This document shows, piece after piece, positions 38,701 to 49,761 of a stretch of DNA of 50,488 nt. Both the position numbers and the translations under genes were made by a program. Each line of letters starts with the position of its first letter. Within the stretch, counting starts at the first letter, position 1. Source of the stretch: Klebsormidium nitens (lineage: Eukaryota > Plantae > Klebsormidiophyceae); assembly GCA_000708835.1 (NCBI GenBank), contig DF237541.1:4888-55375 (forward strand), given 5' to 3'. The notes under the pieces were generated by a model. That model ran no database searches, was not told the DNA's origin, and saw only the letters and a list, made by a program, of their open reading frames with translations.

Positions 38701-41700
38701 CTGCACGCCATCATGTATGCCCCCATGAGTACTTTGACCGTTTTCATTGCAAGAGAGTGGAAGGACTTTTGCTGATTAGATGGTTGTACTCTGAGAGTCA
38801 CCCCACTAGGAATCCATCACCCCTTCTGAAAGTCCTGGCAGAAGCAATCAAGCACCAAGTGTCTGAACACTTCTGACATGATATCCCCGACCGTGTCTGA
38901 CTGATATCCCCGACCGTGCAGGATAATCGAGGTGACGCTGGACCAGTTCTACGCCATGAAGCTGCCGATGCGGTCGTCCCTGCTGCGCGGCCTCACCGTC
39001 GGCTTCGACAGCGCGCTCCAGCAGTACATCACCAAGCTGCTCGGACAGACGGGCGACCGAGAGGACCTCATCCCGCCTGCGCCGGCGCTGACGCGCTACA
39101 AGAAGGACGTCGTCACCAAGGTACGTCAGCACGCTTTCTGTTGCTGCAAACTGCTCCTCAAACAAGGTCAAGTCTGGGCTTGGAGTTATGGTTGAAAAGC
39201 TACCATTTGCATGGGAAAGTAAGGAGCATTGGCGTGTATCTTGTTGCGTATTTCGAGAAGGCGGTACCAGTGAAGGGGCTCTTAGGCAACACACAATTGC
39301 AAGGATCGACAAGGCCCAGTTAGGTGCTGCTCCATTCCGTTGAACTAACAATGGGGCGTTCTTTCAAGCCAACTTTTTGTTCGCTCCATCCGATTGTTGA
39401 CACCTATCCTTTGCTTTTGGGCCCCGAGTAAAGCTCGAAGCCGCTGTTCCCGCAGGTAAAGCACAGACGCACTTTGATGGGGCTTACAGGCCGTGTCCTT
39501 TTTTCATTCTAAAATCTTACCCTGTCCGACAACGCATCAAGATATTCGCTTGCTTAGATGGGTCGTGATACATAGGCGAACCTCCGCTCCGTCCTCTCCT
39601 GCAGGCAGAGAAGGACGCGCTGGCCAGCAGCCTGAAGAAGCGGGACCCGCGGATGCCGGACGAGGCGCGAGAGGCGCAGATCGCGGGGCTGACGGTCACG
39701 ACGCTGGGCGTGCGGCTGAACACGCTGCACTTCATCCTGAGCCAGCTGGAGAGCCTCGAGAACAGCATCCGCCAGCGGTGGGCCATGAAGAACCCGCACG
39801 AGCCGCTCTCGCGAGGGTGAGGCCACGTGGCAGTTCCTGATTGGTTACGCGTCTGCAAGAAGCAGTGCTTTGTGCTTTCCGCCCGTGTGCTTGGAATTAT
39901 TTTGGCTTTAATCATCGGTCTTCTAGAGGAGAGGTATGCTTTATCTTATGTCCTGCAGGACTAGATGCAGAATAAACACTTTTGAGGTTGATTGCTCTCT
40001 TAAGTCCCCAACAAAAAGCTGACTTCTCACCACCGACGTGTTTCAAGGGACCTCACCAACCTTACCGCTTTGTCGCAACCCGAGCAGGCAGGAGAGGGTC
40101 AGCGAGGAGCCCTTGACAAGTTGTTTCACCCGTAAACGAGCAGGTTACACGATTTTCAACGAGCTGACGAAGCTGTGCAGCGCTCTTGAGGTCCATCGCA
40201 TCGCTTTTTCACCACAACTACTGTGCTTTCCACGAAAAGCCCACACGACAATATTGAACTTTAAAAACGCAAATCAAACGTGTCAGCAAATCCTGCCCTC
40301 GTTTGCGCAGCCCGAGCCGCAGGGGGAGCGGCTCGGAGGAGCCCCGCAAGTCGCCGCGCCCGCGCTCCATCTCCACGGGCTCGAACCTGGAGGACATGCA
40401 CGGCGAGTTTTTCGCGGGGACCAAAAAGGCGGCGACGGCGGCGATCGAGCGGCTGGCCGACTTTCTGGGCACCAAGGTCGTGTTCTGGGACCTGCGCGGG
40501 AAGTTCGTAGATGCGCTGTACAAGACGAGCGTGGCGGACTGCCGCATGGATAAGATCGTGACGGAGCTGGACGCGGTGCTCTCGGAGCTGTGCGAGGTGG
40601 GCGGGGAAGACTTTTTGTCGGAATGTTCCTTCCCTTGGGAAGGGTTTTCGCTTGTTAGGGTACATATTAGGGTTTAGTTATGGACAAGATCTTGACGGAG
40701 TGCTGCCGGAGCTGTGCGTGGTGAGCGGGGAAGACTTGTTGGTATTCTCCTTCCCTTGGGAAGGGATTCGCTTGTAAGGGTACAAGAGCTTTATTGAACT
40801 GGGGTTTGGTGATGGATAAGATCGTGACGGAGTTGGACGCGGTGCTGTCGGGGCTGTGCGAGGTGGGCGGGGAAGACTTCTGTTGGAATTTCCCTTAGCT
40901 TGGGAAGAATTTTCGCTTGTCAGAGTACGAGAGCCTGGGAATGTTAGGGTTTGGTAATGGACAAGATCGTGACGGAGTTGGACGCAGTGCTCTCGGAGCT
41001 GTGCGAGATAAGCGGGAAAACATCTTTGAAAACTTTGTTGAATGCTTCCTTTTAATTGAAACTGTTCTCCCGTGACGTTCAGACTGTATAGTTTCGGCGT
41101 GGAAAGCACAGGTGGCCAAGAATCGAAAGTGCCAGAAAAGACGTTTTAGGCAAAGGCTTGTCCGTTCGGTGTGCAAATTGTTGAGACGCCTTGAAGTTGT
41201 TGAGATCCTTCTGACGAGCGGTCGGTTCGACACTCCTGTTGCACAGCCTGCTTTCTGCTCTCCCCGCCCACTCTAACAAGCCCGCAGCGACTCAAGTTTT
41301 GACTCGTGGCAGTCTCTGCTTCTGCAGGTCATTGCAGAGCCGCTGCGAGATCGTGCCGTGCTGAGCTTGCTGCAAGCTTCGCTGGAGGGGCTTCAGAGAG
41401 TGCTTCTGGACGGCGGGCCCCTGCGCGCGTTCTCAGCCGCTGATGGGGAGTTGCTGGAAGAGGATCTGACGGTCCTAAAGGTGCGAAGACTCTCGTCATT
41501 CAGCATGCTTCGTTTGTCGACCATAACTCTCCGATGCTTTGCTTACACACAAAAATGTGGCCGGTGATGTGTGGAGTGTGCATGGTGTCCGTACGGAAGC
41601 CTCGCTAAAATTGCTATTCGCCATTCCTGCACACGCACTACTTCTACCCTCTTCTTCCTTCAATGCGGTGTTTTGGGATCGCGGAGGGTGGCGCATGAAG

Positions 41701-42097
41701 AACTCGCCCGATCAAAAGAACGAAATCAATCGAACACTTCCAAACCTGCTCTTTTTTTGATGAAGAACGCTCAGACTGCTAACGATCTCTCAATTGACGC
41801 ATGCAGGACTTCTTTATTGCGGACGGCGATGGGTTGCCACGGACCGTTGTAGAAAACTCCGCCGCAAAGACGGCGCAGATTCTGCACCTGTTTGAGTTGC
41901 CGACGGACCAGCTCACCGAAAACTTCCAGTCGGCGAGTCGAGAGATGGCCGGCAGCAACGGCACGGCGCATTCGGGCACTGGTCGGAGCGCGACGGACGC
42001 TGACACGCTGTTGCGAGTGCTATGTCATCGTGCCGATCGAGACGCGTCCAAGTTCCTGAAAAAGAGCTACAAGCTGCCCAAGACGGAGAGTCGATAG
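32755..42097 (+). CDS. PATROL1: PATROL1 / unc-13 homolog (DUF810, Munc13-like MUN domain), 15 exons, about 1150 aa
   Basis: The N-terminus EIELLQRYRRDRRLLLEYL...KKVVMPLGAVTLADVDLDNVSVNYVL matches the plant PATROL1 start as recalled. Also HWADGYPLSVRLYEALL, LIPPAPALTRYKK, KVVFWDLRGKF and LCHRADRDASKFLKKSYKLPK. Exons: 32755-33378, 33704-33889, 34311-34478, 34957-35070, 35421-35630, 36046-36234, 36682-36903, 37265-37434, 37784-38004, 38235-38442, 38922-39120, 39605-39816, 40311-40596, 41328-41480, 41807-42097 (3453 nt, phases consistent). Confidence 0.93.
38872..38918 (+). repeat. Tandem 23-24 bp duplication of the branch point/pyrimidine region just before the PATROL1 exon 11 acceptor
   Basis: tctgacatgatatccccgaccgtg tctgactgatatccccgaccgtg cag|G. 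Confidence 0.9.
40546..41020 (+). repeat. Four tandem ~132-145 bp copies of the PATROL1 exon 13 end, 5' splice site and intron start
   Basis: ATGGA(T/C)AAGATC(G/T)TGACGGAG...GCTGTGCG(A/T)G|gtg(g/a)gcggggaagact starts at 40546, 40680, 40812 and 40957. Donors: GT at 40597, 40721 and 40863; mutated to AT at 41008. Confidence 0.93.
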
Positions 42098-42596
42098 AAA
42101 GAGCTCTAGAAAGCCGCGCGTCGCGTTTGGCCGTTGTATCTTATGCAAAAAGTTCTGTCGTTGAGAGCACTTTTGTCAGTGCATGAGTTGTAATAGTCCT
42201 CCTTATGTAAGATCTTGAAGTCCAGAAGTTACACACTAACGAGGTAACTGTCGTTGCTCACAAGGTCAGACACTCTGCCTGATTCTGAACCTGTCTTAGT
42301 AGCTTGGCAAAAGTAGGAAAGTGTTTACGATAAGTGGTGGATAAATGTAGCCTAGCCTCTGTGACGCACATGTTGTGTCATGCTAACACTTTTCCTCTGT
42401 TGCATATCTGGTCCGCAGCAGCCCCAGAAAGAGAGTAAGCGTGTGCTCAGGATTTTGAAGACAGGTTGCATGACATCTATACGGGCTGTTAGCCGATCAG
42501 TCTAGCTCAATGTACACCCCTGACGTCAAGTTCCGAATTGTATCGAGCATTTGATTATCATAAAGTCAACCCTACGCCAGGCCCTTTCACAACGGG

Positions 42597-42995
42597 CCAT
42601 GCATGCACCGTACACATGATTGATCACATCGATGTCGTATAGAGGCAGTTACTAAGTTACTTACAACAGCTTTGATGTGCGCATCATGGGTGACGGTCGA
42701 TCGAGCTGCGACGATCGGGTATGAGCTCCAACGCGGAGAAATATTTCGTCGCCCGCTCCTGATCGGTTCCCTAAATGTCGACCATGATTCTGCATGGCAT
42801 CCCTGCCCAGATGGCCTGTTCGGGCAGCCGCACGCGCATGCTATTCAGAGAAATGTATAGATCATGCAAAGATCATGCATGGCGCACGCGTCCGGTCGGA
42901 TCCAAGACTTTTGCATGAAGTACGTGATGATTGAGCTGCGTCCGGCATGCCATGTGATGCATAAAAGCATATGCAGTGCATAACGCATATGCGAA
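42597..42995. other. Intergenic cluster of CATG/CATGCA (RY-like) and other ApT palindromes
   Basis: 13 CATG counted by eye between 42598 and 42954, several of them CATGCA/TGCATG, plus gcatatgc twice and agatcatgca twice. Confidence 0.6.
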
Positions 42996-43714
42996 TGCTT
43001 CAAAGCTCGGCGTGCAATTACCGAGAAGCTGGTTGACACTAGATATTTCAAATCACATAGAGCCGGTCGGCCGCGCTGTGCTGTGTATGTAGATTGAGTG
43101 ACACCAAGCTAGCTAGCCTTGCTTTACACATTCTTCTGATATCGCGAGAGTTTAAAAAGCCTAATATAGATGGTGCGCTAGCTGGGTGTCACTGGAAATA
43201 CCCACAAGGGAATCAAGAGTTTTAAGCCGTAATAATCTTATGTTTGAGCTCTAATTCTCCGACTGTTCTCACAAGCTTTGAAATATTCGCACCATTTGAA
43301 TCCATGCCAGGCCCCCTGGAGTTCAATCTACCCAACCATTGTTCAAGCAAAGCAAAGCCTCCAGCCTTGAAGCCGGGTTGGACTGTCAATGTTTTTCAAT
43401 GCTTTCATCTGATCTCTGCCATCATTCTAGGTAGTACGTATCCTTTGAGAAGTATTTACGAAGTATGCTCGCCGTCCAGCGCTTATATCGGGCCAACCAG
43501 GATATCTGGATGTTACCAAGTTTACCTGCTCTTACGGTTCCCTAGCAAGGGCACGTCATCTTATACCTCGTCCTGCTTCTCATGTTTCCTTATATTCCTC
43601 AACAACACAATCCACGTCACCTCCTGTCATACGTCTCTCGTATCTCCCAGCAATTCAATCGGCCGTGAAATCGAGCGAGCGGCCGAGCGCTCGAAACAAC
43701 TCCTAAACAACTAT

Positions 43715-46700
43715 TTACATGGAGTCGTTCTCGCGCCTCTCGGCGTCCGACATTGCGGCCGCAAGCGCGGGCGGCGCGGACGCGGCCGCGTGGCCCTCGG
43801 GGGCGGGCGCCCCGGGCGGAATGCTCCCCTGGCGCTGGAGCCGTTCCTGGCGCATGCGCACCACGTAAACGGAACCGGCGCCCAGGAGAAGCAGGAAGCC
43901 GACCGGAACGAGGAGGCCGATCGCGACTTTGGAGCCCACGTTCAAGCCGGCCTGCGGGATATGCGGGAGCGGAACTTGTGGCTCTTATTTGTAGGAAGAC
44001 AATTGAGAAATTGGTCCAATACAAAGAAACCTCTCAAAGACGGCTTGTCGACAGGTTAGTCAAATCGAAGACTGATTAGTCATAGGGAGCTTTGGAAGCA
44101 GGAGAACAATACATTTTCAGCAAACCGTCTCCCTGGGTTTCGAATCTCACTCGAGAACTCAAACTCTTTAGAGGCGGCTTCTCAATGTTAGCTCGATTAT
44201 TTTTAGGGAACTTTGCAAAAGGTTGTAATCAGCAGCGAACGCTCTACGGGTCTCTTTCATTACTTGAGCACACTAATTCAAAGCGGGCGGTTCGAACGCT
44301 CAGAACGTGACACGTGGTGCCTCACCGTGCTCGCGGAGCCCGCCTCGCAGAGGCACGTGGCGGGGTCGAAGGTGGTCCCCGACGCGCAGACCATTTGGTC
44401 GTTGGAGCACGCGATGCACTGGTCGGCGGAAATTGCGCCTGGCGTCGCCGTCGTGCTGCGGTCGTACGGGCAGCTGGTGCACGGGAGGGTGCTGACGTCA
44501 CCCCGATACGAGCCCAGGGGGCAGGCTGCGCAACGCAGAGAGTAGGCTTCGTCAGCCACCGGGAATGGATTTACCGGCTATCCTCACTTAAGGTACTTAA
44601 AAGTCCAGACTTTCTTCTGTGTATATTTTATTTGCGGTCGTAAGGGCAGCGGGTGCACGGGAAGTTGCTGACTTTACACCGGTAGGAACCCAGGGGCAAG
44701 CTGCGCGGAAAAAGAGTGCGCTAAGCCAGTACACGGGGTTCAAACTTGCCACTACTTCTCGAAAGGGGACTGGCAAACTTGTGATCGCCTCTGATCTCAG
44801 TTCGTTTCGTGTTTAGACTGCAGCTGGTCTGTAGAGCGGTGCTTAGAGAAGCTGACGGTATCATGAGAGGGTGCTGACGTTAATCCGATAGATTCACGGG
44901 GGGCAGGCTGCGCGGGAAAGAGCTCAAGCTTCTTATCCTTCGAGAAGCAGTGGGCTCGCCCCGCTTTCCGGAAATCAGCATGGACAACAAAGTTGTGGCA
45001 TTGAGCGTTATAAGGATAATTGAAGGCTACAGCAGTTTCTGCACGCGGGTTTTGAAGAATGGGTCATGTGGATTCCGTTTAATGGAGGATTCCCTTCCCG
45101 CTGAATGGAGCTCGTAACCCCAAATTGGTTGCCAAGGTCGGAGGCCTTTTGTTACGGGCAAAAATCTCGTTTGCTCAGCGTGGAGCGGGATTGAGGGACT
45201 GAGTATCGAGTGGACTCGTGTTTTTCGTAGGCACCGCTTGTTTCGTAGACCGCCGCGAATTCACCGTTCGGCCAAATACATTGCTCGAGATCTTTGAATT
45301 GGACATTTCAGTTCCTCTGCTCAACTTGAATTGTCGGCAAGAAGGAACCTTGACTGAGGGAACGTCAAGAAGAGGTGACAGCCATGTATTCGAAAGCAAA
45401 GAAGAGGATAAAGAGAAAGACCGCCCGGGAAAAAGATTACCCGAGCACTTGATGCCTGCGGATCCATTTGGGCGTACTTCGTCAGACACAGGAAACGCCC
45501 TCCCTATTCTTAGGTGTCAGCGAGAAGGCCAGCTTGATCAAAGAGCGCTAAGTAAAGGTGAAACCCATGTATTAAAAAGAAAGAAAAGAGTAGAGCGCCA
45601 AGCACAGGTGGCCCCCATGTATCAAAAAGCAAGAAAAGAGTAGAAAGCGAAAGACCGCCCGGGAAAAGCTCACCCGAGCACTTAATGCCCACGGATCCCG
45701 CATGGTACCACGCCCCGGCCGTTGTGAAGCCTGCGGAGCACTGGCAGAAGCCGTCGACGCACGCCGCGTTGAAGCCACAGTCCGCCGCCACCGAGCAGTC
45801 TGCGGAACGGCAAAACGGAACGGTTGCGGAATGGCGGACAGGACTGCATTCTCTGACGGTGTGTCGTCGTTTGGACAGCGGAGGCTCTCTTTGTGGGTTG
45901 CCAAGCAGGCGCTTTGTCGAAAACCGCCTTAAGGATAAGCGAGGCTTGGCAGTAAAGCGAGTACTTGAAGCAATTTTATTCTTTCGAAACAGCGAAGAAC
46001 ACTCCCCGCAACGATCTGATTCTCTGTACCGTCAAGCACCCGTATTGACATTTTGAATTGTCCAATATTGACTCGTCATTCTGAGGCTTTTTCAGCGAAG
46101 TTAAACATGGGAGATCGAGAGCAAGTGGTATGATCGTCAAAGACGATGGCGTAGAACGGTAGACGGAACGTCCGTGAGAGAACGAAATTCATGCTCCCAC
46201 TCCCAAGTCACGGCCCTTGAAAGACACCGTCGGGAATTGAAGAGAGCACATGAAAGAAATGACGTGGCTCTGACTGGTTTCACGGGCGAGCATCGTTGAA
46301 TTGCGGGCTTCGGATAAAAAAGTGGGCATTGAGGCGCAATGACAACTCAGACCGTTACTTTTTCCAAAAGGTACGAGACGTCTGTCGTGTGACCAGACGC
46401 GGGCAAACCTCGAGAAACATTTCTTATACAATCCTCACAGAAGTGCAGAACCGTTCAATCCGTCAGCAAAACTCTTTCAAATACCGAGACATCGAGGATC
46501 AAAGAGAAAAGCACTGCTTACATTGAGGGCCGTTGCTGACCGTCCCGTTCACCAGGTCCCCATTTCCGTCATACACCAAAAAGTACCCGTTCGCCGTGTC
46601 GGGCCGCTCGCACTGGCTCCCCGACCAGCCAGTGCCGCACTGACACGTGGCGTTCCCACCGACAATCTGACACGTGCCCTGGCCCCCCGAGCAGTACCCG

Positions 46701-49700
46701 GGGCAACCCGCGCACTCCCCGTTGACACTAACGAAACCGGTCGCACACTGCTGGCAGTCTGCGCCGGTGTGGCCGAGCGCGCATTGCGAGCAGTCGATGC
46801 CGGTCCAACCGGGCGCGCACGAGCAGGCGGGGCTGGTGCCCACGGGATCGTTGAAGAGGCACGTGCCGTGGCCGCCGCACTCGGCGCGCGACGTGGAGTT
46901 GTAACCTGGCGGGGACGAGGATTTTGTTAGTGTCATTTGGAGAAGGAAGCTTTGAAACGTTGGAGTTTTCTGAAGTGTCATTGCGAAGTCTCCTTTTGAA
47001 AGCTGTCGCTTTGGTACACAACCGCCGAACTCAGCACGCGACGTGGAGTTGTAGCCTGGAGAGGAGAGGCGTTGAAAGATTTCAAATTCTCCGCCGTAAG
47101 AATGCAAAGTCTTCGCAAAGAATCGTCGCTATTAACGGGCTGTTGTTGATGCACTCGGCGCGCGACGTGGAGTTGTAGCCTGAGGAGGGGAGAGGATATT
47201 GTGAGTTAAAATGTGGAAGAGGAGGCGTTGGAAGGGTGAAAGCTTCGCATTGCGTGTGCGAAGTGTCTTTTTAAAAGCTGTCGCTATGGTGCTTTGGCCG
47301 CTGCACTTGGCGCGCGACGTCGAGTTGTAGCCTGAGGAGGGGGATGTCAGGGATTGAGGGAGGAAAAAGCTTCGGAAAGCTCAAGTCTTTTGGAGTATGG
47401 TTGCGAAGCTCGTTTTTGATGTGGTCGCCATGCACGTGCCGTGGCCGCCGCACTCGGCGCGCGACATGGAGTTGTAGCCTGGGGTCAGGGTCGAGGTCAG
47501 TATGGTCTGTTAAGGGGTTGAAGTTTGAGGTATGCTGAGGGGGGGGGTCTGAAACCTCTTTTCGGTGCAATCAGCTTCCAGGGGTGAATCAGGAAGTGGG
47601 TCCAGCTAGGTGTCATGTATTGGCCGTCGGCTGACATGATTGATCTAGGCTTCGCTTCGCAAACCTTTCGAGGAAGGCAACCTAAGGGCTTGTTCAAAGC
47701 CAGAGAATAAGAGAAGACTCACTACTCCGTACAAAGTCCTCCCCCCCGAAAACTCGTTTTGCCGGGCAAGGTCAGTCCTTCATGAAGCTCGAGTTACTCT
47801 GAGAGGTGTTTCTTCGCAAGCTTTCGGTGTAGGTAACGGACTAATATTCTCAGCCAATCCGGTCTCAGCGGTTTTACTCAGCAGCAGCTCGACTCGTCAT
47901 CAAGAACAAGATATCAGCCCACCAGCGTCACTGATCTCCTGTCCGTGTCCTGACGCACGTCCCGTCCACCTGCAGCTTCTACTACGTCCAGATTTTCCAT
48001 CAAACGCTTCCCTGTATTTTGCCTTTCAGAACTAGAGGCTGGGGTTTTTCCTCACCGGGGCACTGCTGGCAGAGCGTCCCAGCTGCGGTGGTCACCCCGT
48101 GGTACGACTGGGGACACATGCAGAACGCCTCAGAAGTGGTCGGGTTGACCTGGCAGCTCCCCAGGGAGACGCACGCTGGGGAGGGAAGAATGACGGTAGT
48201 GTCAAGGTAACATAAGGCACGACAAAGCAACCAACTTTACGCATCGTTTTGTGGGAGATTGCTTCTATTGAGCGCTTCGTGAAGAAGGGATGTTAGCAGG
48301 GTTGACAGAGGGGAAGGAGAGGAGGGGAACGGGCTATTCGAAGATCCGCAAGTTTGGTACTTGGATTGTGCACCCGAATTCTTACACACAGTGGGATGCT
48401 TGCCAGCCGGCAGCTGAGATAGAGGAAGAGAGGGAATAAGGAAGGAAAGCAGTCAATCTGGTGTGAAGCCAAAATGAAACCTCTTTGTATTTGGAGCTTG
48501 GCTTCCCCCCCAAAATACGCTCCAATAATCTGAACCTTCGGAGCAATGGCCAGCCAATGCTCAAGAACGTTTCGGGCCCAGCTCAAGAAGAGAGTAACGG
48601 CTCAACCATTGCATACCGTTCCTTGCTACGTTGTTACAAGCTCATTGAATCACGAAACAACGGAGCCCGTGTCAATGCCATTGACAGCCTCTCAGCTCGA
48701 GGTGATACAAGGGGGTTGTCTATTGATGCAGCCTTTGATCGAATGAACTCTCAACACCTCAGTTTCTGTGCATCCTTGTCAGTCTCCGCAAACCAGCAAC
48801 ACAAAGTGACCACTTTAGCGGTGCAAGACCTCTCAATGTCCAAAGTCGTAAGAGAGGTGACCCGAGGCTGCTCACGGCATTTTGAGCAGACGAGCGGGGA
48901 GGCGCTGGTCCGCACGTAGCCCTCCTTGCATGTGGTGCAGACGCCCTTGCTGTTGGGCTCTTGGCCCTCTCCACATGTGTCCACTGCACAGCAGAAATCT
49001 ATGCTCAGGACGTTTTCCTATTTCGTAGATGCTGAAGTTTCTTGTTCCAGCACACCTGCATGTCTAGCCTGCTTCCTGCTAAACCTCCACCCGACCTTTG
49101 CTGTCTCCTTCAGGTGCGCGTATGAAAAGTTTCTGGATGGGAGGACAGCGTTGCATGCATTGTTGCACGCTGAGTCAGAAGAACGGGTTTGGTGCATTAC
49201 AACTGAGGCATTAGAGGAGAACACAGCAGTAGCGTGCAACCCCAATGGGCTCCAGGCACCCTACTATGAAGGAACCTGGAATCAAGTCACTCCCCTGCGA
49301 CCAGGCTGTCATTTATTAGCATGACAGATGCCTCCTGAAGTCACTGCCTGACTCATAGCCATGTCCAAGGCTTTGATTGCCACTACCCTTGCATCTCGTT
49401 GGGCAAAGTAACGTCGCCTTGATCAGAACAGTGAGGCAGCTTTATGTCCTCCCTATCGAAGATGCAATTACAAATGGCAACACCGCACAAGACGGGCAGT
49501 GGACGAGATCGATGTTTGAATTCAAACGAAAGAGGGTGTTACCCAATCTCAACGTATCATTATAGACTCTATCAGACAATACTCAATGCCGTTGGAATCA
49601 TAAAGATGTGGAGTGTAGAGTTCAGCATGTGCTGGGTCAGACGCGGACGTTTCTCTTCTGGAATGCAGGAACGAGGGCTTACACAGATGCCTGTGCTGCG

Positions 49701-49761
49701 AGGACGCCACGAAGCCCACTGAAGCCAGCAGCAGCAGCAGGGAAAACCTTAAAGCAGCCAT
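43715..49761 (-). CDS. Type I membrane protein with signal peptide, EGF/laminin-EGF-like Cys repeats, a GCC2/3 (ephrin-receptor-like) module, one TM helix and a short tail; 7 exons, about 417 aa
   Basis: Signal peptide MAALRFSLLLLLASVGFVASS. EGF-like segments CGGHGTC...CSCAPGWTGIDCSQC and CQCGTGWSGSQC. GCC2/3-like CPLGSYRGDVSTLPCTSCPYDRSTTATPGAISADQC. TM VAIGLLVPVGFLLLLGAGSVYVV followed by RMRQER. Exons: 49761-49683, 48983-48876, 48175-48056, 46905-46522, 45799-45674, 44525-44326, 43951-43715 (1254 nt; the first five junctions are phase 1, the last phase 0). Additional small exons cannot be excluded. Confidence 0.82.
44458..44925 (-). repeat. Three diverged copies of the 3' splice site and start of the GCC2/3 exon (exon 6 of the EGF-like gene)
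   Basis: gcgcag|CCTGCCCC... with AG at 44526-27 (true), 44701-02 and 44908-09. The copies continue with gtcagcaccctc/gtcagcaacttc. Confidence 0.85.
45373..45706 (-). repeat. Two copies of the exon 5 end and 5' splice site of the EGF-like gene, with a nested 50-bp repeat
   Basis: GGATCCG..GGCAT.AAGTGCTCGG|gt....ttttcccgggcggtcttt with donors at 45673 (gtgagc) and 45440 (gtaatc). ccatgtat.aaaaag.aagaaaagagtag is repeated near 45567 and 45617. Confidence 0.85.
46859..47490 (-). repeat. Five tandem ~124-152 bp copies of the 3' splice site and start of exon 4 of the EGF-like gene
   Basis: cag|G(T/C)TACAACTC.A.GTCGCG.GC..AGT with acceptor AG at 46906-07 (true), 47056-57, 47180-81, 47332-33 and 47479-80. 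Confidence 0.93.

Noticed and set aside
43244-44059. 271-aa plus-strand ORF
   Set aside because: Its 3' half is antisense to the last EGF-like exon and its 5' half lacks codon bias. No motif recognised.
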